A DNA stretch of 49,110 nt, taken from contig CAMYWN010000001.1 in assembly GCA_947302765.1 (NCBI GenBank), forward strand, positions 1 through 49,110, in the 5' to 3' direction. Origin of the DNA: an uncultured Candidatus Saccharibacteria bacterium. GTDB lineage: Bacteria; Patescibacteriota; Saccharimonadia; Saccharimonadales; Saccharimonadaceae. The notes under the pieces were generated by a model that made no database searches, was not told the origin of the DNA, and was given only the letters and a program-made list of their open reading frames with translations. This document shows, in pieces, positions 1 to 8,141 of this stretch. A program made the translations under genes and the position numbers. Position 1 is the first letter of the stretch. Each line of letters starts with the position of its first letter.

Positions 1-2710
1 CGAGGTGCGCCGGGGCTTTGTTTACGTAGTTAGGATTACTCATGCGGAGATTTAGGCTATCGAGCTCGCGGCCGACAGCTAGGATGCGCTCGGTGAGGGC
101 GTCTTTATAATCTTTGACGACCTTCTCTGGGACGTCTAGATAGAGCTCGTGGTTCGCGAGAGCGAGCCTGAGACCGCGAGGAGCGCCATCTAGGGAATTA
201 ATGGTTGGGGCCTTTGAAAGCGTCTTAATGAGAAGCTGATTATCAGCCACAATACTGTCATTATCGTATAACAGCCCGTATTTTTTCGTGTTATTGGTGC
301 CTGGCAGGGCCTGCAGGGTAGTTCTGACCTCAGAGACGATAGTTCTTATGGTTTCGAAGTTCTCGGCCGAAATTGGGTCAAATTTGAGCTTAGAAGGCCA
401 TTTGGCGTTGATAATAAAGCCATCCGTCCAGCTGAGGTTTTGCCAAATCGCTTCGGTAACGAATGGAGCAAATGGGTGCAGAGCAATAAGGATAGTTTCT
501 AGAGTACGCTTTAGAAGGTTGGTGTTCTTATAAATCTTTTGGGATTCGAGGAACCAGTCGGCATATTTGTCCCAGATAGTCTGATATAACACTTCTACCG
601 CTTCGGCAAAGCGATAGTCTGCCATACATTTTGAAACCTGTTCTAGACAGTTATTAAGCTCGCGACAGATCCAGTCTTCGCCCATGTTGTCTGTAGTGTA
701 ATAATCTGAAGAAACACTCTTTCTTAACGTGCTCGGTTTGTGATTATCGTTGGTAGCGCAAGAGTTTGAAACACTTTCCTCTCGGGGCGCGTCCGAAACC
801 CCTGTCGCCACAGGGGTTTCGGCGCTACTTCTCGCCTTGCCAGGCTCCGAACCCCCTTCGATGAAAGTATTTTCAAACTCTTCCGACCTCTCATCAACAA
901 TACCTTGGACTAATCGGGAAATGTTCCAAAGTTTATTGCAGAGGTTGCGACCAGCGATGACAGAGTTTTCGGAGAAGGCCTGGTTCATACCGGCGGAGCG
1001 ACCGCGGAGAATACCGAGGCGGAAAGCGTCGGAGCCGTATTTGGTTACCATTTCCATTGGGTTAATGACGTTACCCTTGGACTTCGACATTTTCTTGCCA
1101 TGGGCATCGAGGACGAGACCGTGGAGATAAACCTCTTTAAATGGCACCTCGCCAGTAACATAGAGACCCATCATGATCATACGGGCTACCCAGGCAAAGA
1201 GAATATCTGCGCCGGTTTCCATGACGTTTAGAGGGTAATATGGGTTGAAGTTGCCTTCTGTCCAGTCGGTACAAACAATCGGCCAGTGACTACTGCTAAA
1301 CCAGGTATCGAAAGTATCCTCATCGCGAACGTATTTGACGCCGGCTTTTTCGATTTCTTTGAGGTCGGTGCGACGGTCAAAAATCCAGTCTGGCTCATCG
1401 GTAGCACTATCGTCTACCTTTCTAAACATCGGGATAGCGATACCCCATGGAATTTGACGTGAAATATTCCAGTCCTTAAGGTTCTTAAGATAATTGATCA
1501 GGACCTTCTGCTTGTTAGCGGGGTGGAATTTGATCTCATTATTCTCAAGATGCTCAATGGCAACATCGGCAAGCTTTTTGACATCGATAAACCACTGCTC
1601 TTTTAACATAGGCTCAATCACGGTACCGCACTTGTAGCAGTGAGGGACCTTGTTGACATAGTTATGGTCTACTTTGATAATGAGACCCATTTTGTCCATT
1701 TCCTTAACAACAGCCTTGCGGCCCTCTTCTACAGTCATACCAGCAAAGCGCCCAGCCGCTTCAGTTAGATGACCAGTCTCATCAATCACTTGGACCACGC
1801 GAAGATTGTGGCGCTGGCCAGCCTCCCAGTCGTTAAAATCGTGAGCCGGAGTGATTTTTACTACACCAGTGCCAAATTCCATATCTACCATTTCGTCGGC
1901 AATAACTTCGACTTGAAATGGGCCGTTGACGCCTTCGACGGTGATGGTTTTACCAATCCATTCTTGGTAGCGCTCATCTTTGGGGTTGACTGCGACTGCA
2001 GTGTCGCCGAACTTGGTCTCGGGGCGGGTGGTGGCTAGGGTAAATGGGCCGTACTTGATGTAGTAGAGAGGAGTTTTTTCTTCCTGATAATCTACTTCGA
2101 TGTCGGCGAAGGCCGTGCGGTGCTTTGTGCAATAGTTGACCAATTTTTTGCCGCGGTAAATCATGCCATCGTTCCACATTTTTTCGAAAGTGGTGTAGAC
2201 GCGGTCAATGACGTTTTCGTCTAAGGTAAAAGTAAGGTCTTTCCACGAACAAGATGCGCCTAAAGCACGAAGTTGCAACTCCATATTACCACGCTGTTCG
2301 GCTACAAAATCCCAAACCCTAGCATATAGCTCATTACGATCAAATTCAAATCTAGTGTGTCCAGACTTCTCGAGATTACGTTCATAGACAACCCAGGTCT
2401 CAAAGCCTGCGTGATCGGCACCAGGAACATACCAAGAAGACAGACCTTTTAAGCGATAGAATCTTGTAAGGGAATCTTCGAGAGCAATAGTTAAACCATG
2501 ACCAATATGAAGATTGCCGTTTGCGTTAGGTGGTGGCATTACGATAGAGAAAACGTCAGTCGATTTTTTTTCTTGGCGATCATCGACGCCATTACTGTTG
2601 TTGTCTACGGGAACAGTAGGAACTGTAGGGTTGAAGACTCCTGCGGTCTCCCAAGCGGCATAGATGTCCGCTTCGTATTCTCCCGGTTCATAACTTGATG
2701 AAAATTTCAT
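1..2710 (-). CDS. valS: Valine--tRNA ligase (3' end runs off the window; absent from the ORF track)
   Basis: Manual translation from ATG 2710: MKFSSSYEPGEYEADIY...IVMPPPNANGNLHIGHGL (HIGH motif), GADHAGFETW, LATTRPET, DWNISRQIPWG, DTWFSS, KKMSKSKGNV, NKLWNISR, LHPFAPFVTE. Confidence 0.97.
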   Translation of the reverse strand, partial: MKFSSSYEPGEYEADIYAAWETAGVFNPTVPTVPVDNNSNGVDDRQEKKSTDVFSIVMPPPNANGNLHIGHGLTIALEDSLTRFYRLKGLSSWYVPGADHAGFETWVVYERNLEKSGHTRFEFDRNELYARVWDFVAEQRGNMELQLRALGASCSWKDLTFTLDENVIDRVYTTFEKMWNDGMIYRGKKLVNYCTKHRTAFADIEVDYQEEKTPLYYIKYGPFTLATTRPETKFGDTAVAVNPKDERYQEWIGKTITVEGVNGPFQVEVIADEMVDMEFGTGVVKITPAHDFNDWEAGQRHNLRVVQVIDETGHLTEAAGRFAGMTVEEGRKAVVKEMDKMGLIIKVDHNYVNKVPHCYKCGTVIEPMLKEQWFIDVKKLADVAIEHLENNEIKFHPANKQKVLINYLKNLKDWNISRQIPWGIAIPMFRKVDDSATDEPDWIFDRRTDLKEIEKAGVKYVRDEDTFDTWFSSSHWPIVCTDWTEGNFNPYYPLNVMETGADILFAWVARMIMMGLYVTGEVPFKEVYLHGLVLDAHGKKMSKSKGNVINPMEMVTKYGSDAFRLGILRGRSAGMNQAFSENSVIAGRNLCNKLWNISRLVQGIVDERSEEFENTFIEGGSEPGKARSSAETPVATGVSDAPREESVSNSCATNDNHKPSTLRKSVSSDYYTTDNMGEDWICRELNNCLEQVSKCMADYRFAEAVEVLYQTIWDKYADWFLESQKIYKNTNLLKRTLETILIALHPFAPFVTEAIWQNLSWTDGFIINAKWPSKLKFDPISAENFETIRTIVSEVRTTLQALPGTNNTKKYGLLYDNDSIVADNQLLIKTLSKAPTINSLDGAPRGLRLALANHELYLDVPEKVVKDYKDALTERILAVGRELDSLNLRMSNPNYVNKAPAHL
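760..882. repeat. Nested palindromic element inside valS
   Basis: Outer inverted repeat AAGAGTTTGAAACACTTTC (760-778) / GAAAGTATTTTCAAACTCTT (863-882); inner perfect 13-bp hairpin CCGAAACCCCTGT-cgcc-ACAGGGGTTTCGG (793-822). Confidence 0.85.
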
Positions 2711-2770
2711 AGTATAATTATACCATATTTAACGAATTGCCGGGTGAGGCTGTTTCTCCCTAAGGGACGG

Positions 2771-3151
2771 CTAGCTGGTAAGCTCGAGCTCTTGGCGGAT
2801 TTGTTCGAATTCTTCCGGGGTGGTTTCAATGACCCTGTCTTTGGTCCAGGTCTCGTCGAAAGGGAGCAGGTGGACGTGGGCGTGGGGTACGTCTTTGCCA
2901 ATGATTTTCCAGACGATTCTTGTTCCGAGTTTCTTGTCCATGTGTTGAGCGATTTTTTTGGCGGATTCCATGAGGGCTTGGAAATAATCTTGTGGCAAAT
3001 CGTAAACCTTTTCGACTTCAATCTTTGGAATTACCAGGACATGACCTCTGGTCTCCGGGTTAATATTCAGAAACGAAAGCGTTTTGTCGTCTTCGTATAT
3101 TTTGTAGCAGGGAATCTCCCTATTGATGATTTTAGTAAAAACACTACTCAT
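2771..3151 (-). CDS. HIT-family nucleotide hydrolase
   Basis: SVFTKIINREIP, GHVLVIPK and histidine triad VPHAHVHLLP; ATG overlaps the upstream stop (ATGA). Confidence 0.93.
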   Translation of the reverse strand: MSSVFTKIINREIPCYKIYEDDKTLSFLNINPETRGHVLVIPKIEVEKVYDLPQDYFQALMESAKKIAQHMDKKLGTRIVWKIIGKDVPHAHVHLLPFDETWTKDRVIETTPEEFEQIRQELELTS

Positions 3152-3630
3152 TTTTTGGCCTTTTTCTTATGAATAGTATAATAATATATCTCCGTAAAGA
3201 TAAATGCAAATACAAGTCCCCCGATAACATCTAGTGGCCGATGCATGTTTGAGAGCACACGACCAACGCAGGTCAAGGAAATTAGAACAACCATAGTTGA
3301 GTCTAAGATGATTCGAGCAACCTTGGATTTAACATACTTGGGGAGATTCATGGTAGCGAGGAAGAAGATTGTGGACACAACCATGACGTGGGTAGAAGGG
3401 AAGGATGGCTCACCGGAACCATTTGGACGTACGTCCAGAATAAGAAACTTATCAAATAGGATCCAAACAAAAACCATTAAAACTAGTGGTAAAGGCATCC
3501 ATAATAGGCGTTTATCGACCTTTTTGATTGATTTGCGCGTAATCCATTGATATAGAGCCAGGATAGCGAAAACTCCTAGCGTAATTAATGATGTAATTAA
3601 TATGATGTCGGTGATTTTTTTCCATTCCAT
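3148..3630 (-). CDS. PAP2-family membrane phosphatase
   Basis: RP...SFPSTH...GRVLSNMHRPLDVIGG motifs and TM helices; start moved to ATG 3630, 6 nt after TGCTATAAT. Confidence 0.85.
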   Translation of the reverse strand: MEWKKITDIILITSLITLGVFAILALYQWITRKSIKKVDKRLLWMPLPLVLMVFVWILFDKFLILDVRPNGSGEPSFPSTHVMVVSTIFFLATMNLPKYVKSKVARIILDSTMVVLISLTCVGRVLSNMHRPLDVIGGLVFAFIFTEIYYYTIHKKKAKK

Positions 3631-3799
3631 GGCTTGATTATAGCATAATCGTCTTAATTTTTTATAAATAACACATAACACTGGTGGTATTTTGGTTATG
3701 GCTACTACCGACCAAGAAAAACATTATGTTTTGTGTAGAGCATGGCTGCTCGGTAAGTCTGGCGGGGTGGTTTTGATGCTATTATGTTATCATATTAGT

Positions 3800-4855
3800 A
3801 TGAATAGTATAGAATCAATTTCGGCTAGCGGTAATGACCAACCTGAGTTGGCGCTGTATAACACTAATAGCGAAATGGTAAAATGGCTAAAAGGGATGGA
3901 TCCGGCAACGAAGCAGCCAAAGCCATTTGATCTTGATTTGACAGATAATGTATACACACAGTCCGAGCTTAATTCTATTATTGAGGGGAAGCCCAAAGAA
4001 GAGGCTGAAGAAATCATTCGCAATAATCATGAAGCATTAATACGAAACAATGAGATTATCGAACAATTTAATGAACGTATCCTTAATTATTCCGAGATGG
4101 GTCGCCCAGAATTAGAATCACTCTATAATGATAGCAATTTAAGTGAGTCTGATAAATCTATCATTTCTTGCATAGGGATTATTCGTTCGGCATATGAGGA
4201 AGGCTATTGGTCCGACGAAGAAAAAGAGGTGCGTTGTTTTTTTAACGACGAAAAGGAGCTATTCGATAACGTACTTGCTGCAACTGAAGGAATCTATGGA
4301 TTCGATGTTGTTGTGGCCCAAGAAAAATTAAAAAAAGCGAATTCACATTTCACAATTTTGACTAAAAGGCAACGAGAAGGCTCTTTGTCTGGCACTATTG
4401 AGGATGTTGCATCCGCCGCGCTAGAGTCCTTTATAAGAAGTCCGAACTACTCAAATTCGCGTATTCTAGATTATGATGAGTTTTTATATGGAGTCCTGCA
4501 AGATTGTAGGAAAAGAAGGGTAGTCATAAAAAATGGAGTCGATACAATTGATACAAGCGTCGATTTAGAAGAATTTCAGGACCGCGTTATTGAATCGATG
4601 AGTTGGCAACTTATAGATGCTGAGTCGAAGAACTCGGAGTATTCAACGGAAGAATTCGAGAGGCTAAGGAGTCAAGCTGTAGATATGTATACCGACCTCA
4701 GGTCCGGACATTACTTCCCTAATGATTTCGAGCAATCCAACACTGCTGTTAAAGTGGATGGCGAAAATCGCAATATCTTGTCCATGTCGGCGAGTTCTTG
4801 GAAGCAATTCCGTAGGAGGACAATAGTGAGGTTTTTAGATACAACAAGGAAGTAG
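3800..4855 (+). CDS. Hypothetical acidic protein (possibly the 5' part of a frameshifted gene)
   Basis: Long ORF; ATG 3800 lies 6 nt after TGTTATCAT; no motif recognised. Confidence 0.7.
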   Translation: MNSIESISASGNDQPELALYNTNSEMVKWLKGMDPATKQPKPFDLDLTDNVYTQSELNSIIEGKPKEEAEEIIRNNHEALIRNNEIIEQFNERILNYSEMGRPELESLYNDSNLSESDKSIISCIGIIRSAYEEGYWSDEEKEVRCFFNDEKELFDNVLAATEGIYGFDVVVAQEKLKKANSHFTILTKRQREGSLSGTIEDVASAALESFIRSPNYSNSRILDYDEFLYGVLQDCRKRRVVIKNGVDTIDTSVDLEEFQDRVIESMSWQLIDAESKNSEYSTEEFERLRSQAVDMYTDLRSGHYFPNDFEQSNTAVKVDGENRNILSMSASSWKQFRRRTIVRFLDTTRK

Positions 4856-4866
4856 CTGACACAGAG

Positions 4867-5520
4867 ATGGAGCAATGGGCGGACAAGGTTGATTTGAATG
4901 AGATTGAGAGCATTAATCACAATGATTCGCTAAGCTACGAAGATAAACTCACCTTGGTCATTGCGCACGTGCAAAAGTCCTTTGATATCAAGAATTTAGA
5001 TATAGATGGCCAAAGTCATCCAATTAGGCTTGAGTGGTTTAGGTTTGAAGAATCAAAACTAGTGAAGTTATATAAAAAACTGTTTAATATCCCAACAGAA
5101 AATGAGGAGCTACCTGAAGAATATGCTGGTGCCTATTATTGTCATGGGGACAGAAGTATTCATTTCCAAAAGCCTTCTAAGCTAGGGACGGGGAGACTAT
5201 CTGACTGGACAATATCGGCCGTATGCCACGAATTGTGGCATGCTAAACAAGACGAGTTGGATGACGAGGGAAACAATGGCGAGTATTATATCAATGCCAA
5301 CGATATTAAGGCAAGGATGTATTTTATGAATAATTTGGCTTATGTTGGCCCGAAAAGATCGTATCTATTAAACGGGAATCGAGATTACTTTTCACAAATC
5401 GCAGAACAGGAAGCCTATGCGGTTGGAGGCCACATTCGGACAAGACTTGACAGAATGCATAATAAAAAGAGGGGTAACAGAGTGTTGAATATTATAAAAA
5501 GTATACTCGATATGGGATAA
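4867..5520 (+). CDS. HEXXH zincin-like metallopeptidase-domain protein
   Basis: AGAYYC...SIHF...AVCHELWHAKQ...YFSQIAEQEAY: HEXXH plus downstream Glu pattern. Confidence 0.65.
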   Translation: MEQWADKVDLNEIESINHNDSLSYEDKLTLVIAHVQKSFDIKNLDIDGQSHPIRLEWFRFEESKLVKLYKKLFNIPTENEELPEEYAGAYYCHGDRSIHFQKPSKLGTGRLSDWTISAVCHELWHAKQDELDDEGNNGEYYINANDIKARMYFMNNLAYVGPKRSYLLNGNRDYFSQIAEQEAYAVGGHIRTRLDRMHNKKRGNRVLNIIKSILDMG

Positions 5521-5591
5521 TGGAGCAATGCGCTTTGACACCTAGCCATCATTTTAAGCTATAACGTTTATTCTGTGCTTTTATTGCACCA

Positions 5592-5964
5592 GACAGGACA
5601 CCTCATTTGCGCTAGCGCGCAAATGATACCGGACTGCCTCGTTCGAAAAACCGTGAGCAAGCTCCCGGTTTTTGCTCACTTCGTTGTCCGGGTGAACCTA
5701 CGGTTCAAATCTGTAGAATATCTCATGAAATAAAAATAAGACCTCTGGTCTTGTTTTTATTTCATGGTACGCCCGACAGGACACCTCATTTGCGCTAGCG
5801 CGCAAATGATACCGGACTGCCTCGTTCGAAAAACCGTGAGCAAGCTCCCGGTTTTTGCTCACTTCGTTGTCCGGGTGAACCTACGGTTCAAATCTGTAGA
5901 ATATCTCATGAAATAAAAATAAGACCTCTGGTCTTGTTTTTATTTCATGGTACGCCCGACAGGA
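5592..5964. repeat. Two identical 183-bp tandem units downstream of tRNA-Arg, each carrying the tRNA 3' end
   Basis: GACAGGA recurs at 5592, 5775, 5958; units 5592-5774 and 5775-5957 read identical. Confidence 0.97.
5907..5949 (-). terminator. Long hairpin / probable intrinsic terminator abutting the tRNA-Arg CCA (second copy at 5724-5766)
   Basis: CATGAAATAAAAATAAGACC-tct-GGTCTTGTTTTTATTTCATG, 20-bp stem with one mismatch and A/T-rich arms. Confidence 0.7.
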
Positions 5965-6024
5965 TTTGAACCTACGACCTTTTGCTCCGCAAGCAAACGC
6001 TCTATCCAGCTGAGCTACGGGCGC
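5948..6024 (-). tRNA. tRNA-Arg (anticodon GCG)
   Basis: GCGCCCGTAGCTCAGCTGGATAGAGCG-TTTGC-TTGCGGA-GCAAA-AGGTCGTAGGTTCAAATCCTGTCGGGCGTACCA, 77 nt with encoded CCA. Confidence 0.96.
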
Positions 6025-6224
6025 GAACAATAATAATGATGGTATTCTCGTTAACCTTTAGGGTTAATAAGAATATATGTGGATGTTTAATCAACTACAT
6101 CCACCTAGAAATTAAATGAACATCACCGTAAAGGTGACTCTGTTATTATACCACATTTTTTTATTGTTGTAGAAAATACTTTAGTTGAGTTCAGGAAGCG
6201 AACACAAAGCAAGCTCTTGATCGG

Positions 6225-6869
6225 CTATACTAGGCAGAAAAAAGCGGAGCATTGCTCCGCGTTGTCTACTAATACAGCATCTAGAGATGCCTCAATGAGG
6301 TGTCTAGCATCCTCTGTCGAATAAATTCGCGTATAATCGAATTCCGCCTTACTCGCCAGGAGGATGTCTACACCATCTATAGTTACTACCCCAACTATCG
6401 AAGCTATGCTTCTATCGGTAGGGTTGACGACTCCTGATAGACAATAAAAGAAGACGTCCTGTCCCGGTGATTCGGTTACGGCTTTTAGTGCAAAATCCCA
6501 CTTAGCATCGTCATTAAAATCCACCAATGCATAGTTTGCGTACATACCATAGCCTATATTCACGCTCCATTTCAGCATGGTACCATAAACATCATAGAGA
6601 CGCTTATGAAGTTCCGCATTCATGAGGTTGTAATTATATTCTGGCGTTACGGCAGAGTCGAGCCGCTGAATAACTTCGGCAAAGTTGCTGTCTCCCGTGG
6701 CACGCCCATAGACGTTAGCATAACAATTCTCCATTCCTAAAACGACTGTGTCGGCGATTAGGCGGCTTGCCGCTTTTACGGATGAACTTATCGGGCGGTT
6801 TTTTACCGTTATTATGCCCATACACCCGATTATAAGAAGCACCACAGAAATTATCCCTAATTTTCTCAT
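6225..6869 (-). CDS. Hypothetical secreted or membrane-anchored protein
   Basis: 214-aa ORF with N-terminal basic plus hydrophobic segment, GGGGGAG RBS and upstream promoter. Confidence 0.7.
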   Translation of the reverse strand: MRKLGIISVVLLIIGCMGIITVKNRPISSSVKAASRLIADTVVLGMENCYANVYGRATGDSNFAEVIQRLDSAVTPEYNYNLMNAELHKRLYDVYGTMLKWSVNIGYGMYANYALVDFNDDAKWDFALKAVTESPGQDVFFYCLSGVVNPTDRSIASIVGVVTIDGVDILLASKAEFDYTRIYSTEDARHLIEASLDAVLVDNAEQCSAFFCLV

Positions 6870-6956
6870 TTTTTTCTCCCCCCTTTTTTTATAAAAAGAT
6901 GTGATGTTCTATAGATAGAGTTGATTTTTTTGTTATACCTCTATCTATGCTTTTTT

Positions 6957-6985
6957 ATGATAACACTTTTGTTGGTACTTGTCAA
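6957..6985 (-). promoter_or_regulatory. Sigma70-type promoter for the 6225-6869 gene
   Basis: Minus strand TTGACA-17 nt-TATCAT; leader contains a 10-bp hairpin (6911-6948). Confidence 0.75.
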
Positions 6986-7163
6986 CTACACCTTAGCGGC
7001 GTGCCTTAGCGGTGTCTTGATAAATGGTTGAGGTTTTATAACGTTAATCATTGTTAAAAACAGAGGAACTTGATAGCTTTTTGTCCAGCAGAATCCATTG
7101 GTAATGTTTTTATCCAGGGTGGCGATTTCGTGTTTTGGTAACAGATGTGATATAATGCTAGGT

Positions 7164-7253
7164 GGAAGCGTGGCCGAGTGGTTGAAGGCGCACGACTCGA
7201 AATCGTGTGGGCGCGCAAGCGTCTCGGAGGTTCGAATCCTCTCGCTTCCGCCA
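7164..7253 (+). tRNA. tRNA-Ser (anticodon CGA)
   Basis: GGAAGCGTGGCCGAGTGG...CACGA-CTCGAAA-TCGTG, long variable arm, GGTTCGAATCC, GCCA end. Confidence 0.96.
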
Positions 7254-7429
7254 AGCTAGTCTAAGCGATGGAAACGCACAGCGTTTCTGGCGTTCCGAAG
7301 GAAATAGAAAACGAGAGCTTGCTCTTGGTTTTTTATTGACTGAGGAGCGTGCGGAGACGAAGTCTCCATCGCTTGTAGATAGTTTGACGACTCTAAGCAC
7401 TGAGGATTATTCATCCTCTCGCTTCCGCC
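7254..7429 (+). repeat. Structured unit ending in a 17-bp copy of the tRNA-Ser 3' end
   Basis: ATCCTCTCGCTTCCGCC at 7236-7252 and 7413-7429 (177-bp period); multiple stems in between. Confidence 0.85.
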
Positions 7430-7526
7430 GCTACCTAGCGGTAGTACACAAAAAATAGGGCTCGTATCTCGCTAGAAGCTTGATGTGAATCCTTTTTTTG
7501 TTGAGGCCCGTGATATAATACGGAAA

Positions 7527-8057
7527 ATGGAAGAGGTGATTTATGAGAACTACTCTAATCCTAGGTTAGCTAATTACAACTTGTACTATCCTAGGGAAGC
7601 TTCGAGGGGTTTGGTATTTTTGCCGAATGGAAACATATTGGCGTTCTTAAAGCCCAAGATTGGACAATATAAACTGCCTGGTGGCGGTAAAGAGGGTAAC
7701 GAGACGTCAGAGGAGACGTTCCGGCGAGAAGTATTGGAAGAGACTGGATACACAGTGAAAAACCTTCGGAAACTTGGTATCACGAAGGGTTTTACGCAAG
7801 TTTCACATGTTTTCGTAGCAGATGTCGACAAGTACATTGGCACTTCTATGGATAAAGGGGAAATTAGCGAAGATGCTAGGCCCATTGAGGTTTCCGTAGG
7901 GGATTATCTAGAAAAATGCCGTGAATTCCTTGAAAGATACAGAGAAAAATCCGACGAAGACTCAGAAATCAAATACGCTATTACGAGCCGCGATTATTAT
8001 ATTGTAGAGCATTATCGCGACAAGTATGGAGACCAGGGACGCGGTGACGGATCATGA
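7527..8057 (+). CDS. Nudix hydrolase
   Basis: Nudix box LPGGGKEGNETSEETFRREVLEETGY; ATG 7527 lies 7 nt after TGATATAAT. Confidence 0.92.
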   Translation: MEEVIYENYSNPRLANYNLYYPREASRGLVFLPNGNILAFLKPKIGQYKLPGGGKEGNETSEETFRREVLEETGYTVKNLRKLGITKGFTQVSHVFVADVDKYIGTSMDKGEISEDARPIEVSVGDYLEKCREFLERYREKSDEDSEIKYAITSRDYYIVEHYRDKYGDQGRGDGS

Positions 8058-8141
8058 CCTATCTTATGGAACGATTTTTACCAACATAGCTGCCTACGTT
8101 GGTACTGTGATTAGCTAAAACAACTTGCAACTAATTAATTT

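Noticed and set aside
2570..2630. DNNSNGVDD calcium-loop-like insert near the ValRS N-terminus
   Set aside because: Too short, and in a naturally variable linker, to support a claim.
288..2698. Short ORFs in the track across 288-2698
   Set aside because: Antisense or off-frame shadows of valS, which the track omits because its stop lies outside the window.
5592..5964. CRISPR array
   Set aside because: Units are 183 bp and identical with no unique spacers; no cas genes in the window.
3692..7430. Integrated prophage or genomic island at tRNA-Arg/tRNA-Ser
   Set aside because: The tRNA 3' duplications are only ~180 bp apart and no integrase, phage or transposase gene is recognisable.
7054..7458. 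Three overlapping 66-83 aa ORFs
   Set aside because: They overlap tRNA-Ser(CGA) and its structured downstream unit; typical spurious tRNA-derived ORFs.
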